Assembly (NCBI RefSeq): GCF_009834535.1
Contig: NC_045696.1
Coordinates: 6,698,001-6,762,000 of the forward strand
Length of the DNA: 64,000 nucleotides
Direction: 5' to 3'
Origin: Camelus ferus
Taxonomy: Eukaryota
Positions 1 through 13,674 of the stretch are shown piece after piece. Position numbers and translations under genes: made by a program. Under the pieces are notes generated by a model. That model saw nothing but the letters and a program-made list of their open reading frames with translations. It was not told where the DNA came from and searched no databases. Positions within the stretch are counted from its first letter, which is position 1; each line of letters starts with the position of its first letter.

Positions 1-45
1 ATCTGGTCCAAAGTGTCAGTGGTGCTGAGGTTGAGAGATCGTGTG
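1..45. mobile_element. MER20 (hAT-Charlie) terminal fragment
   Basis: ATCTGGTCCAAAGTGTCAGTGGTGCTGAGGTTGAGA resembles a MER20 terminus. Confidence 0.55.
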
Positions 46-379
46 CTAGAAGGAGAAAGAGTGCATCCCAGTCAGGCACTCAGTTACATCCTAGCAACAT
101 AGCAGAGCTGAGGGGCAGGATATACCACAGCAGAAAAGGCATACCGGGCCACTCAGAGATGGGACCCGGAGTTTTACTTCTCTTTACTACAACTGATCTA
201 AAGATTGGCAGCCTAGCCTGAATCTCTCATAACAGCTTGCTTACTGTTTTTCCAAAGCAATGTATAGTGCAATTGAAACCCCCTTGACCTTTTCTGTGGC
301 ACTTGTGGCTTCTCACTGCTCCTTCCTCCCTGAAGCCCTGCTCCCCTTGGTCTCAGGATGCACAGTGTCCCCCTTGACC

Positions 380-1120
380 ACTCCCTCCCCATTTCTTTCA
401 TGACCTAGGCTCCTCCCGCCCACCCACAAATGGTGACTGCTCTCCATTCCACATTGTCTCCCTAGACAATCTCATTCACTCTGTACTTTTGCCTCCACCT
501 GTGTGCTGGCAACTTCCAGAAGTGCTTATCTAGGCCAGAACCCATGCTGGGCTCCTGACTTCAATGTCCAGTTACTTCCTGGTCATTTATGTGAATGTAC
601 TTCAAGCATCTCAAATTCAATGCCTCTAACATTGAGTTACTATTCTGATCTCTACCCACAGTCTTGCTGTTTCTCCTCTATGTTATAAATTCTCACTATC
701 TGCCTGAGACCCAGCCTTGGTGATCAGTCTGGCCTCTTCCCCTTCTTGCACAACTATTCCACCTCAATTTAAATCGGGGTCAAGTCTGGTCAAACTTTTC
801 CCATAAACGTCTCTCCCATCCCTCCCCTCCTCTCTCATCCTCATCGCCATTGCCTTCACTCAAGTCCTCACCATTTGCCCAGCAATCACTGGAGCTACTT
901 CTCAGTGGGTCTTTAGGATCCTAGTTTTTCCTTTTCTCATCAGAGCTTCCGCTCATTTATCAATGTGATTTTCCTAAAACAAAAATCTGATTATTTCAAT
1001 CCATCATTTCAATATGTTAATGGCTCCTGTGTACATGGTGGATCAATTCCAAATGCCTATCCTGGCCCACAGGTCCTGCCAAGGTCTGACCAGACCTGAC
1101 TTTCCAGCCTTCATCCTCTT
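380..1120. mobile_element. Ancient L2 LINE fragments
   Basis: L2-like phrases such as CATCTCAAATTCAATG, CTCCCATCCCTCCCCTCCTCTCTCATCCTCATCGCCATTGCC and AAAACAAAAATCTGATTAT. Confidence 0.55.
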
Positions 1121-2662
1121 GGCATCTCTTCTCACACCAGTATTTGGGTCATACTTAGCTTCTTGCATTTATCAACCTGCCCTGTCTGTATCTCATCTTG
1201 TGAACCTTTCCTACGGTGTGAGCTCTCTCCAGAATTATCATGAATTATCACACATACACGTATGCACGTGCATTTGTGTGCATGCACACGTGCACACACA
1301 CATACACACACTTCCTTCCTGGATGCTCCCCCACTTTCCACTTGAAAAACTGAGCAGCCTCACCTTTGGGCTTCACGGATCTCATAGATAAGTCTGTCTT
1401 GGTGTCTATGGTTTAACTGCTCTTACTTGTATACCTTTATGTCTTCATTTAGACTGTATCCTTTTTGCTTGTATAAGGCCATGTTGTGAACCTGTATGTC
1501 TAGCAAATACCACAGCAGCAGGAAAAGAACTGGCACAATCATTGTGTGTTGAGTTAGTTCATTGAATAAACATCTCCTGTGCTCCAAACACCTCTACAGG
1601 TCTTGGCTCAGCTGATCCTTGGGACTGAAACATCAACCACTCTGGCTTGAAATCCAATTTGTCACAACCCTTTTTTGTATTATGTGAAAGTTTAATGTTC
1701 ACAAGGGCTTGTAAACATTAAAATATGAGTAACTCATCAATAATCCTTTTCCATGATAATCAAAAGGCCATGATGAACATTTATGTAAATCAATTTTCAT
1801 CTTAAATCACCTCACTTTTTTCTAATTACTTGGTGTCAGTGAAAGTCAATACCATAAGTCTTCTGAAATTTCCTAACCATAAAGTAATTTGCAGTTTCCT
1901 CCTCATTTATGCACGTCATTAATAGCTTTATAATCTATAGCAAAGCTGAAAGCACCCAATGCCTGTTAATGCTAACCTTCGCATAAGCTCACTTACATAC
2001 CATTTCTCCAACTTACCGTTCCCCGGGCCCCTTTCCCCTAAACATGATGAGAAATTCAACTCAGGGAATAATGATTCTGATGATTTATTCAAATATTACT
2101 GTATGAATAAAATTTTAGTGTTACCTTTAGCTTACCCTATCAAAAAATATAAACGACTCAAATATGTCAAAAGTCATTAAATTATCAACTTCATTTCAGA
2201 AGCCTATTAACCCATTAAGCACTCAGATGTAGCTATGATATCTCATAAAGGGCTAGCTGACAAGGTTCGGAGGCCTTACGCATTAAGTGGCCCAGCAGGT
2301 TGACATATCAGTTGGGATTCTTGGGTCGTAAGCAGCAGACATTAACTCTGTCTAAATTAAACAAGAGAGGGATCTAGTGGAAGAATATCAAGTGCCCAGG
2401 GTGTCAGTGCGGGAGACTGGGGACTTGGTCTTGGAAACAGGCAGGACTATGGGCAGCTCCGGGAGGAGAGAATGTAGGATTAGCTGGGAGGTCCCATGGC
2501 AAGAGGGCTCTGGTCAGGGGTCCTCCTGTCACAAGTGAACTCCAACTATTTGCATTTTCTCCCTTCTGCTCAAGATCCACTCCTAGGGATAATGTGTCCA
2601 ATTCGTTGGGGTTGGGTCACACCTGCCCCTCATGTAAAGGAGCAGAATTCTGTATTACAATC

Positions 2663-3032
2663 TGTCTTAGTCAGCTCAGGCTGCCGTAACAAAATACCAT
2701 GGACAGGGAGGCTTAAACAACTGAAGTTGATTTTCTTACAGTTCTGGAGGCTGGAAGTCTGAGATCAGGGTGTCAGAGTGATGGGGTTCTAGTGTGGACC
2801 TTCTTCCTGGCTTGCAAATAGCTGCCTTCTTGCTATGTCTTCACGTGGCAGAAATACAGACAGCTGTCTAGTGTCTCCTCCTATATGGACACTTATCCCA
2901 ACATGACCCACCCTCCATGAGCTCATCTAACTTTAATCACCTCCCAAAGGCTCCATCTCCAAATACCACCACGTTAGGGGCTAGGGCTTCAAGTTATGAG
3001 TTTGGGGAAACACAGATATTCAGTCAATAACA
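2663..3032 (-). mobile_element. MLT1A/B-type MaLR solo LTR
   Basis: TGTCTTAGTCAGCTCAGGCTGCCGTAACAAAATACCAT...TTCTGGAGGCTGGAAGTCTGAGATCAGGGTG...ATTCAGTCAATAACA, the characteristic MLT1 termini. Confidence 0.85.
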
Positions 3033-5075
3033 CAGACCCTCCAGATTACAACCCATGGGGAAGAAGTAACTGCCCACAAAGGGCATAGATCTGCCTGGAT
3101 GGCCAGACAACTAAATTAGTGAGTGGATTGACTGAGTGTTTGAGGTCATGATGTAATTTAAAAAGACCATGAAACATCAATGTGTAATTTAATCAAGCAG
3201 AGGGGAATAATTAAATTCTAATAATTTTAAAGAAAGCAAGCTTTATACATAAGTCTATGAAAGTGCAAGTTGTTGAAATGAGCAGTATCATTTCCTTTTA
3301 CTTGTTTTTTTCCCTGTCATTGATAGTTTATCCAACAGACAAGCAATGGCCAAGCACCAAAAAGTTAAGAAAAATAAATGGGAAGCAAAAACGAACACTG
3401 ATAAAATCTTTTATGTTACGCTCCTTTATTTTGAGATTTAATGGAAGATAAAACAGATGAATTCCTCTCAGCACAGGACACCCAGGCTCCAAGCAGGCAC
3501 AGCCAGAGCGGGGCACCGTGAGTGGAGGGGACATTGCCAACTTCTTACTCTGGGTCAGGCGCTGTTCTGGGACTTTACAGGTACTAATTCACCACAACCA
3601 CATGAGCTAAATTCTGTTGTCATCCCCATTATACAAATGCTATATGCCTGCGACATCAGTTTGAAATCACAGCCAGGTAATAACAAGCATGTGTGCCTGG
3701 GGGCTGATAAGGTGGGAGTGGTCTGGGGCTGTGTCAGGAACAGCAGCACAGCGATGAACAAAACAGGACAAGGCCCCTTATCCTCACAGAGCTGCTGTTT
3801 CAGGGAGCAGAGACACGATGGATGAGACTAATGAGGAAACAGTGTGTTTGGAAGTGATTCCCTAAGAAGGGGAATAAAACATCGAAGGGGGAGAGACAGC
3901 GAGTAGCAATCTTAGACAAAATGGGTAACGGCAATGCTCCTGTTGGGAACTGTCAGTATTTTAAAGGGGCAGAAATAGGACCTAGGGAACCATCTCAGAG
4001 GACCGTTTGTGACAGGGGACACACTCACCTGGTGAGAAGCTGGAGGAAAATGAGCCCACAACTTTCACCTCCAACCGCCTGCTTGGGACCCAGGCACATT
4101 GCTGGGGCCCAGGATTGGAAGTTCTGCGGCTCTTCACTGCATGACTTGAGTGTGTTTAGAGACTGAGCTCCATAGAGTTAAGCAACTTTCATGTATCCAA
4201 CTACAGGTTTTGGTCCCATGAGTAGAACATAGCTCCAGTGCTGATCCTTGCCTATGGTGTTGATGGTTATTTTGTATTTCTGCTTGAGCATCTTTTCAGC
4301 ATCACCAGAGTTAGACCAAGACAGGGGCCTCAGGCTCTTCAGCACTGACCGAGGATGGGAGTGATCCCACATCCCACGCCTCTTCTCACAGACTCTACTT
4401 CTTTGCCTAATAAAAAAAATTTACCGGTCCAGCATGTTCTTGCCTCCATTAGACACTTCACTCCCTGCTTTCTACATGATGCCACTGAGTTCCTGCTGTC
4501 TTTTACCTCCAGGGCTCCCCAAAGGCTATCGTTCATAAATTAAAAACCAAAGTGATGACCTCTGAAAAGCAAACAATCCCAGCTGCAGCGTCCCCGAGCT
4601 GTTAATGTAGCAGAGCTTTGCTGCCTAACGTCCGCTCTTCTGGAAGCGCCAGATGCCCCCAAGGACTCCTAGCATGTAAGCCCTTAGAAGAAAATGCCTT
4701 TTGCAGTTCAGAAAGCAACTGGCAGCCGAAGAATATGGCCAGGAAGATCCCAGGACTCCGATTTATGCTCGGTGAGTGGGGTGAGCGTCTTCACAGGACA
4801 GGAAGGTGGGGCTTGGTGCGCTGCCAGTGGTAAAATCAGGTGGACAAGGCGAACTGATGGGAAAATAGTGGAGAAAGAAGAGAAGAAAGACACAGGAGGG
4901 TAAAGTAAGTGGTGAATGTGGACGAGTAGTAGGGGAGCAGTGCAGTCAACAGTCCGAGTCAGCAACAAAGTGGCCGTCACCAGTGACCGATCTAGACGAG
5001 CTTTAAGGCATCAAAGGGAGAGGAGGATTTCTGCGGTGTGGAGAGCGAAGGACCTCATCCGTCTTGGCTGCTGAG

Positions 5076-5515
5076 TGTTATGGACTGAGTTGTGCTCCCT
5101 CAAAATATATGTTCAAGTCCTGACCTCCAGTACCAGTGAATAAGATCTCATTTGGAAGTACAGTCTTTGCAGATGTAATTAAGATGAGGTCATACTGGAT
5201 TAGAATGAGCCCCAAAGCCAATATTGAATACCCCTACGAGGACAAGGCGATTTGGAGATACAGACACACAGGGAAGGAGGCCCTTGTTGACGGAGGCAGA
5301 GATTGGGGGGAGGGGGGTGCTGCCACAAGCCAAAGAACCACCAGAACCTCTCAGAGGCGAGGAAGGACCTTCCCCTAGAGCCTCAGAGGAAGCAGGCGCC
5401 TGCCAGCACCTTGATTTTGAACCCCTGGGTTTCAGACCTGGGAGAGAGTAAATTTCTGTTGTTTTAATCCACTCAGTTTGTGGTAACTAGTTACAGCGCC
5501 CTTAAAAACCAGCAT
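5076..5515 (+). mobile_element. MLT1C-type MaLR solo LTR
   Basis: TGTTATGGACTGAGTTGTG...GTCTTTGCAGATGTAATTAAGATGAGGTCATACTGGATTAG...TAAATTTCTGTTGTTTTAATCCAC. Confidence 0.85.
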
Positions 5516-5851
5516 AGAACCCAGACTGCTACCTGGACGCCCACAGGAGCCAGACAAGAGCTGGCTCACCTTCCAGGTGCCGAGTTAATGCCGTGTATTT
5601 ACTGCAACCCTCTTCCCACCTTCACTTCCTGCCTTTTTGGATTCAGCCTACCGATTATGATGCTTTTCAAAGCTTGTATTAGAGAAGAGATTATATGACG
5701 ATATCAATCCATCATGGAGGTATTTTATAGAAACTTTAATATTAAGGTGCAGTTTTAAATACAAGTCAGGACTCTATGCATCAAACATAAAGAGAGCTTG
5801 GAAGAGATTGCAGCCTAGTGTCACATTTGCCAAAGCATTATCTCCTTTAGA

Positions 5852-5965
5852 GCAGGGTTTCTCAGCCTTGGCATTGTTGACATTTGGGGTTGAATAGCTC
5901 TTTGCTGTGGGGGGCTGTCCTGTGCATTGTAGGGTGTTGAACAACATGCCTGGCCTCTGCCCAAA
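5852..5965. mobile_element. MER20 DNA transposon fragment
   Basis: CAGGGTTTCTCAGCCTTGGCATTGTTGACATTTGGGG...GGGGGGCTGTCCTGTGCATTGTAGGGTGTTG. Confidence 0.85.
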
Positions 5966-5984
5966 TTGTGGCAATCAAAAATGC

Positions 5985-6192
5985 CAAACATGTACTTGTT
6001 TGAATATCTGTTTTCAATTACTTTGGGTATATACCTTGGAGTGGAGTTATGGGATCATATGGTAATTCTATTGTTAACTTTTACCAACAAACTGTTTTGC
6101 CAGTGGCTGAACCATTTTATGTGGTCACCAGCAATACAGAAGTGTTCCAGTTTCTCCACATCTTCACCAACACTTGTTCTTTTCCACTTTTA
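5985..6192 (-). mobile_element. L1 fragment (ORF2 3' region, antisense)
   Basis: TTTGGGTATATACC...GGATCATATGGTAATTCTAT...TTTCTCCACATCTTCACCAACACTTG. Confidence 0.8.
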
Positions 6193-8642
6193 AATACCCA
6201 ACCTGTCAGACAAAGAGATTTGCAGTGAAGATGCAATCACACCACAAACACTGCTGGCAAGGTGAGGTGCAAACCCTGCAGAGTGGGCAGGAAGCAGGCG
6301 GGCTGCATCTGGGGATTTCAAACCCAGTCCTTTCTGTTGTTCCAGCGACTTAGTGTGCAGTGTTTTGTGACAGCATCTCTAGGAAACCAGTACGGGTGAC
6401 ATCTACAAACCCCATCTTGCACAACTGAAAGATAATTTTATTTATTATCCTTTTGGGAACAACACCAGAAAACATTACTTATCTAAGACCCCAAAGGAAA
6501 CATTCCAATTAAGTGTTTTAATACTTGCAAATTCTTTCTTTTTAAGATTTAGTGTTTTGATCACTTTATACCTAGCAGTTTAAAGATCATGGAACTATAT
6601 CTGCATGCCAATTTAACTTACATGTTTTTGAAAAGAGTAACGTTTTATGGACAGGAACCAATTTTGTTCTGTTTTCTTCTTTGAAATCTGCTTTAAATAT
6701 CACATTGTGACTACTCTTCATTCTACAAGTTTTTCCAATAGCTTTTAGGGCAAAACCAATAAAATTTTGATCTGAACTGACCCAGCTATCTCTATAAGAT
6801 AGGAGTCTGCTTCTGCACCGCCTTCTGCTTTTTTATAGATTTAAAGAGTGTGCCAGTATGGCATACAAGGCAAAGTAACCACTGGGCTGAGAGCTTGGTG
6901 AAATTTAGATGAAATTTGCAACTTAAAGCAAATTTTTCTCCCCCTAAAATCTTTGCACCACAATATAGTGCAATCTTTTTAAAATATATTGTTTGAACTA
7001 AATGCGTGTTTCCAATAATGGCACCAAATCAAGGCCCAAATGTATATATATTTTAAAACTTATAATATGAAGTCAATAATAATCATACTCTTGGGATGTT
7101 TATTCCCATTTAGCAGTGAAATATATACATTTAGGTGACGAAAACACCATTTTCTCAGAGACGTTAATTATATGATGAGCCAGAGGGTGGACACATACAC
7201 AGCTATTTGGTGAGTGAAATCACAGCCCAGCAGTGTCACGTACAAGAGCCCCGTCCTCAGAGTGGGACAGACGTGGTCTCATTCTCCTTCTGCAGCTTAG
7301 GGCTGTTAGGTCTGAGGTGCTTCCTCATTTTCCTTTACTCAGAGTCCATGGTATCTATATTGGTATTAAATTAGCTTCATTTGTCCTTGATTTATCTATA
7401 ATCTTCCTGATGACAGTTCGGAGGCAGGTCATCCCCGCAGTGACAGCATGATGACATCCATGCGTCTGGTGGGGGTAACGGACTTGTCCTCACATTTATA
7501 TGTTGCAGGAACAATGAAGAATTGGAAAGACTGAAGACTGGATACAATCTTCAAAGACTGGAACTGGTTTGAAAAACAAGGTGGAGCCAAGACACACACA
7601 AACTGAGGTAGGATGTGACTGGCGCAGCTGGCCGGGGGGGTTCAGTCCAGTCTCCTCTCGAAGATACAAAGGGATGCGCAGTAGCCATTAAATCCAGTGA
7701 CACAAGTAATATCGGGCTGTCCCCTAAACATTTCATGAGATCGAAACCCAGACTCACCAGTTTCCCCCTCAAAAACAGATTTCTTTCCAATACCTCTATT
7801 TCCATTTGTAAACATATCATGGTCCAGGTTACCCAGGCTCGGAACCTCAGAGTCGTTCATTAACTTCGCAGACCTCTAGAATTGAGCAAGGCCGTGGGGG
7901 AGCTCACAGCCCAGCGAGGAAATCAGAAACCAACCCCGCAGAATGTGCTACGAGCCAGGGCAGCAGAAGACACAAGGGACCACGGGTCCGCAGATGTGAG
8001 ATGCCCCCGCCCCCACCAGCCCAGGAGAGGGGCGTGGCCTCCTCCAATGTGTCCAACCACTTACGGAAGAGAAACCGCATTTCACTCCTTCAGAGCGATT
8101 AGGGAGAATTACGTGTCCCTCGTTCCTCATGAGAAGCAAGCTCCGTTAGTGCCCTTCATCACTTCTCCTCACAGATAAAAAGTGAGTTTCATTAGAACAA
8201 ATTCAATAAAAGGCAGTAAAGATGGAGGATTTGTTTCCCCACTGAAATATCAGTGCTGGGAGAGCAAGATCGTTTTCTGTTTTGTTCACACTTGGTAATT
8301 ACTAGGCGCTCAATAAATGTTTGTTGAGTGAATGAATGAAAGAATGTGTAAATAAATGAATACATTTCTTCCCTGTCCTCCCATGGCCAGCGCGAGCCAG
8401 AAGTCCTGGGTGAGTGACTCTGGGAGACACAAACAAAGCCTGGCTGGACTGTGCCAAGGGCTGGACAGTCCCCAGGGGAAGGGAGGGCTGGACGGGAGAG
8501 CGCTCCCCAGCCCAGCTGATCGCCTGCCTCAGCCCGGTCCTCCAGCCCAGCGGTTACCCCGATAAGCTTATATTTTCATCCCGACACGTCTGGTTCTGTG
8601 TTTTCTGTTGTTTCAGGAATCATGTGAGCAGACGAGAGCTGT

Positions 8643-9148
8643 TGTAATAGAAAAGAACAAATCTGACTCCATATTAGACCTGTTCCTTTGGATTTAATCG
8701 TGTGCTCTGTTTCCTGGGCTGGTTCTGCACTTTTTGTAGAAGAATGTTGCTATAGCCTCAAATATACAGGAGGGCCCATCCTCAAGGCCTGACCTTCCAG
8801 GGTGTTAACACTTTTGCGTTCATATAAAGATAAAAAACTGCAGAACAGAAAATAACATCTGTTTTGTGGGGAGTTTGCAGGGACACAATGACCTGGCCCA
8901 CGTGGACAGCTGCAAGAACCAAGGATTCCAACACCAAGAAGTCTGCAACAAGGACACCCCATCCCCTTTTTAGTATAAAAAGAGCCTGAATTCTAACTTG
9001 GGGGAAGATGGTTCTCCAGGATATTAGTCTGCCATCTTATCAGTCTGCCAGCTTTCCAAATAAAGTCACTATTCCTTGCCCCGAAACCTCGTCTCCCAAT
9101 TTACTGGCCTGCTGTGCAGTGAGCAGAATGAGTTTGGACTCAGTAAGA
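8643..9148 (+). mobile_element. ERV1-type solo LTR, about 506 bp
   Basis: Starts TGTAATAG and ends CAGTAAGA (degenerate GTAACA); TATAAAA at 8974-8980; AATAAA at 9059-9064; near-matching 4-bp flanks CTGT/CTTT. Confidence 0.75.
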
Positions 9149-10225
9149 CTTTTACTTAGTGACCCTCCAAAGACCCCAAATTTGTGTGCAGAAGGCACTC
9201 GGGGCACTTGGCATAGATGCCTGCCGTAAAAGCTGGGAATCCCCAGGAATGAAGAGTTGGTGAGACTGAGAAGGTTGATGGGGGACCCGCCTTCCATCAC
9301 CTTCCCCGTACCCTCACCCTGGACTCGAGCCCAGCAGCTGGTACTTATGGGGACAGAGCCACTCTTAACAAGAGGGGACCTGAGGACCCATCAAGCTGGC
9401 GGCACAGCCTCACTGTGCAGACGGCTGCAGCTTGATCTTGGGCAGGCAGTTTTCTTTATCCTCCTTCCTTTAGTTCGTCTTTATTCTTTAACTTGCCCTC
9501 CGATCCCACTGAGTTTCCACTTCATGTTTGACATCAACAACGCAGGTCAAGACTTTACCAAATGTGATGTCCTGAGATCCGCATTTCACTCCGGGCGGCT
9601 TCTCTGGGACTTGAGGTGAGTTAGTGATGTTGGGTCAGTGCTGTGACAATCTTGTGGGTCCCAAGACCTCCTGATTCTCTAAAGTGGGGACTGAGAAACT
9701 GAAATAACTCAATGTCTGAAGTCCTAAAGGCATCAAGTCCGTTGTGTTAGATGGTGACCCAGTTCACACACGATTTTGAAGAAACCCAGACACTAATCAT
9801 CAGAAAAGAAGAAAAGGGAGAGGACTGTAATTGCGTTGAACATTCATTTAAAATCAGGAATTATAGACTTTGGACTTGACTTCAAAGGAGCAAGAGTATT
9901 TAATTTTGGACTTCAATTACTTCAGTCACAAAATTAGTTGAACTTTGCACTTACAAGAATATTTAATATCTGTGGCCTTCAATTTCTCCCTGAAAATTTA
10001 TGCTGCTTCTTAGAGATGCTTACCCTATTCTAGCTCTTCTCCTGCAGGCAGGCAGGGGGAACGGGGCTCCCGCGCCTCTTTTGAACTCAGGCGTTGCCTG
10101 TAGCTTGCTTTGGCCTACCGAAAGTCAACAGAGGGGACACAGTTGTCACTTCCAGGTGAAAGCTTTAGGCGTCAGCCTGTGCTTAGCTAAGCTTGCTATT
10201 TCCTCTGACCCATGACTGGCAATAC

Positions 10226-11000
10226 TGTTGTCAAAACACAGCCTCCACACCCCACTTACCAAGCTGAGACTTGAGGACAGAGTTTTGGATGAAGCAGAAA
10301 AGGCAGCTTTATTTCTTTGTCAGGCAAGGGAGGTCACAGTGGGCTAATGTCTCTGAGACAGTGGTGAGCCTGTTGGGGAGAAAAGGCAGGGGATTTTATA
10401 GTAAAATTCAGAGTTCAGGGAGTGAAGCTAGTTTCCATACAGACCGCATTCAGGGTAACAAATTGTTATAAAGTTGCTCCTGTTTCTGCAGATGCAGTGG
10501 TCCCTTCCCTCTGCTGGGTGTGAAGTCCACCTCTGGCTTTAGGACTTTCTTAACAGCCTTGTTCCTAGAACAAAGGATGCATAGGAGAGGGCTCCATGGA
10601 AAAGAGCTCTGGAGAGAAACTTGTGCAGTTTAGAGTCAGGTGGATAAATGCTTTCAGCCTTTTAAGCAGGCTGAGGCCTGGGACCTCCTGCTACAGGCTG
10701 AGACTTGCTGCTTGAACAGTAAGATACGAGGAAATCAAAGGGGTCAGAAACAACTGCAGATATGTGCAGGCGGAGCGAGTTATGAACAGCAAGATGCACA
10801 AAACACCCAGCTGCCATTTTTGAGGTGTTGGGGTCAAGAGGGGGGCACTGGGGGCAAAAGCAGGGCACTGAGCATGGTCCCCGGCCAGCACCACGAGGGG
10901 GTTGGGTGGGCCACCCAAGCCCCCCTCCTCTCCATTCTAAGCCTGGTCAGCAAGAGCATGAGGAAAGCCCTTCAAACCAGTACACGGTTAAGCAGTTACG
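10226..11000 (-). mobile_element. ERV-type LTR inserted within an older MLT1 LTR (flanking halves at about 10020-10225 and 11030-11237)
   Basis: TGTTGTCAAAAC...AGCTTTATTTCTTTGTCAGGCAAGGGAGGTCACAGTGGGCTAATG (antisense AATAAA)...GCAGTTAC. The downstream segment ends in an MLT1 terminus (GAAATAAACC...GAGATCTGGGGATTACTTGTTACTGCAG...CTAAAACA). Confidence 0.55.
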
Positions 11001-13674
11001 AACGCTATTATAGGTATCAGATGGTTACCGATGATAATAAGATCCTGCTCAGTAACAATACAGCAGATGGTGGCTATGCTCTCAGGCGGGCACCTGAGAG
11101 TAAGACCACGGGGGTGCAGAGCGGAGCTCCCAGCGGACCAGCGAAGTCTGTGGAAATAAACCTTCCCAGCGTTAATCCACCGAGATCTGGGGATTACTTG
11201 TTACTGCAGGATAGCCTCATCTATTCCACTAAAACAGAATTTAATAAAAGAAGGCTTTGCAGTCAACTTTGAGTTATCTCCAGGTTATTGACATTGTATT
11301 CCCAGATCATCTAATGTTGACTTTTAATCACACTGCAGAATCTCAGATAAGCTACATTGGGCAATATGGCTGGGGAAAAAAATACTGCAAAGAAATATAG
11401 AAAAGAATAGATTTTCAGCCTTGACTCCACGGTGGCTCAAAGTTAATTTGAATATTTCACTATTCTGACACAATGGACAGCTTCTGGGAGCAAAATAGAG
11501 CCTGCCTAGCAGTGGTCCCAGGAAGGTTGCACCAAGAGGGCGTGGGCTGCTGAAGGCAGGAGTAAGACTGAGCTGATGGCCGACCTGGGGCTTAATGCTC
11601 AAGACCAGTGGTTAAGCATTAAGAGAACAGAGGGGCTGGGGGACTCTCGATTTCCCATTCCTTGTGAGTACATGTGGAAGGGATGCCACTCAGCTTACCC
11701 TCTCAGCCTCTTGTTCTCACTGATCCTTCTACACAGAGGCATGGGTGAGGGCCGTGGGCTTATGTCCCATGATTGCAGGGAGCTGCTTTATTAGGAGAGT
11801 GTAACCAGCAAGGATTCCATCTCCTTTCTCCCCTTTCCACCCAGGACCAATGAGAGGCAGCAATCATGGATAACATGCCTGATTTGGAGGTCCAGCTTTC
11901 CCCTCACTAGCTGCTCCAGAAACCAGACGGGAGAAGGTACAAGTGGAGAGCTGGGGAGCCCACCAGGTGAACACAGGAGCCACACTGAGCGACCTCCTGT
12001 GGTCAGCAGCAAAGCTGACGCTTTGGTCCCTGTCTGTCTGCTCTTGTGTCTGCTTTTGTCATGTGGCAGTGATAGCAATGGGAGGGTCCATCTTGTCCCC
12101 AGACCCTGTGGTCATGCTAGTTTCCTGTCTCTCTGCTGGTACCAGCTGCTCTTCAAAGCCAGGGGGTTGGGATGGGTACCCAAGGGGAAGACACTCTCTG
12201 GCAGACTTGCATAGAGCTACCAGGTGGTTGGAAGCGGGGTGTGTGTGTGTGTGTGTGCTTTTAGGAACTTGGGAGGTGGTGCTACTGTGGAGACACGAAA
12301 GATGAGAAAACCTCTCTGCCTCATCAGGGAAGTGGCAGTTGAGAGAGAGACAAGAAACTCTCACCTGTTATGAACCAGGGGGGACATCTGGAAGAGAGTG
12401 AAACCCCCAAATACTTCATAGTAGTAATTCATTGCCTGTAGAGGAAAACCCTCTTCTCTGGGAAATGTCTGTCATCTAGTCATTTTCCATGACACTATTT
12501 GGGGTACTTACAAAGTGCTGGGCAATACTAATTACATTTAAAATGCAGAAAAGATACGAAATAATAGACCTGCTCCTGCTCTTACCTCTTCCTCCTTGCT
12601 GCTAGGGCCCCGCACAGGGCTTTATCGTCATCCCTCTGGATTAATCGGTCCAAGAAGTGATGCTGAGAGAGATCAGTATACCCCACCAACCCCACAGCTT
12701 CTCCATCTGTGGGCACTTTGAAAGGAGAGGGAGGCTCCACAGCTCGCCCACCAGGTGTGCAGAGGGTCCCCTGGCTGAAGCATCCCAGCCCCACAGCCCC
12801 GGGGGAGGGCAAGTCCATGGAAGGGAATCCGGGAGAAGGTAAGGACACAGCCCTCCCCCTTGGAGTGTGGGAGGCTGTTTCACAAGATCAAGGATCAAAC
12901 AAAGGGAGAAAAATGGGTTGAACTGGCTTCTGCAGGAATCAGAGATTAAACGCCCAAACATGACACTCCTTTTAGAAAGAAAATCTTTTATAACTTAGGT
13001 TGATGGAATGGGAGAATGAACTAACCTGAGCAAGTAGAGAGACTTGCAGAAAGGGTGTGGTTTAAATGCTGAACCAGGTCTCTCTGAGCAGTAATTTCCA
13101 AGCAGGAAATGGTTAGATCTTTATGTAGCTAGGGGACTGGCTTGTATCTCTAGCTGGCCTGAGGGGACAGGAGCAGAGCATCATTGAAAAGGCTAGCGCT
13201 GTACAGGGTATCATGTGAAATTGCAGTGGGGTGGGGGAGGGAGAGAGGGAGAGAGAGAAAGAACACCTTTATGAGACCAGTACAAGAACATCCTCCTCCT
13301 TCCTCTGAACACATGGGTCTGCCTTGGGAGGGAGAGGGGCCAGGTCTGATTCAGGTGAGGGTGGAGTGTATGATCCAACAGTTCTTGCAGGACATGATGG
13401 GAGGTCAGGGGAAGAGCCACATTTGTAACTCTCCTTGGCAGTGAGACCTCGAAGGGGGTCTGACTTGGGGTACCCAAGGACCCCCAGACTTTGCCGCAGG
13501 CTGTATAACACAGTCTTGAAGAACTGCATTCTCAGGCCGACAGACATGGATCCCAGCGTGGGGCCTGTCCTTCTGGGGGAGCAGCATTTCTTTATTTTTT
13601 TTATTTTTTTGGGGGGGGGGGAGGTTTGGCAAGACATTTTATTTTTTGTTTGTTTGTTTTGTTTCGTTTTTATA

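Noticed and set aside
1250..1310. Alternating purine-pyrimidine tract with CACGTG palindromes
   Set aside because: Ordinary degenerate (CA/TG) microsatellite.
10640..11272. 210-aa + strand ORF
   Set aside because: GTG start, spans LTR and MLT1 sequence, no recognisable protein family.
12950..13610. Possible LTR-derived segment
   Set aside because: Could not assign termini, TSD or family with confidence.
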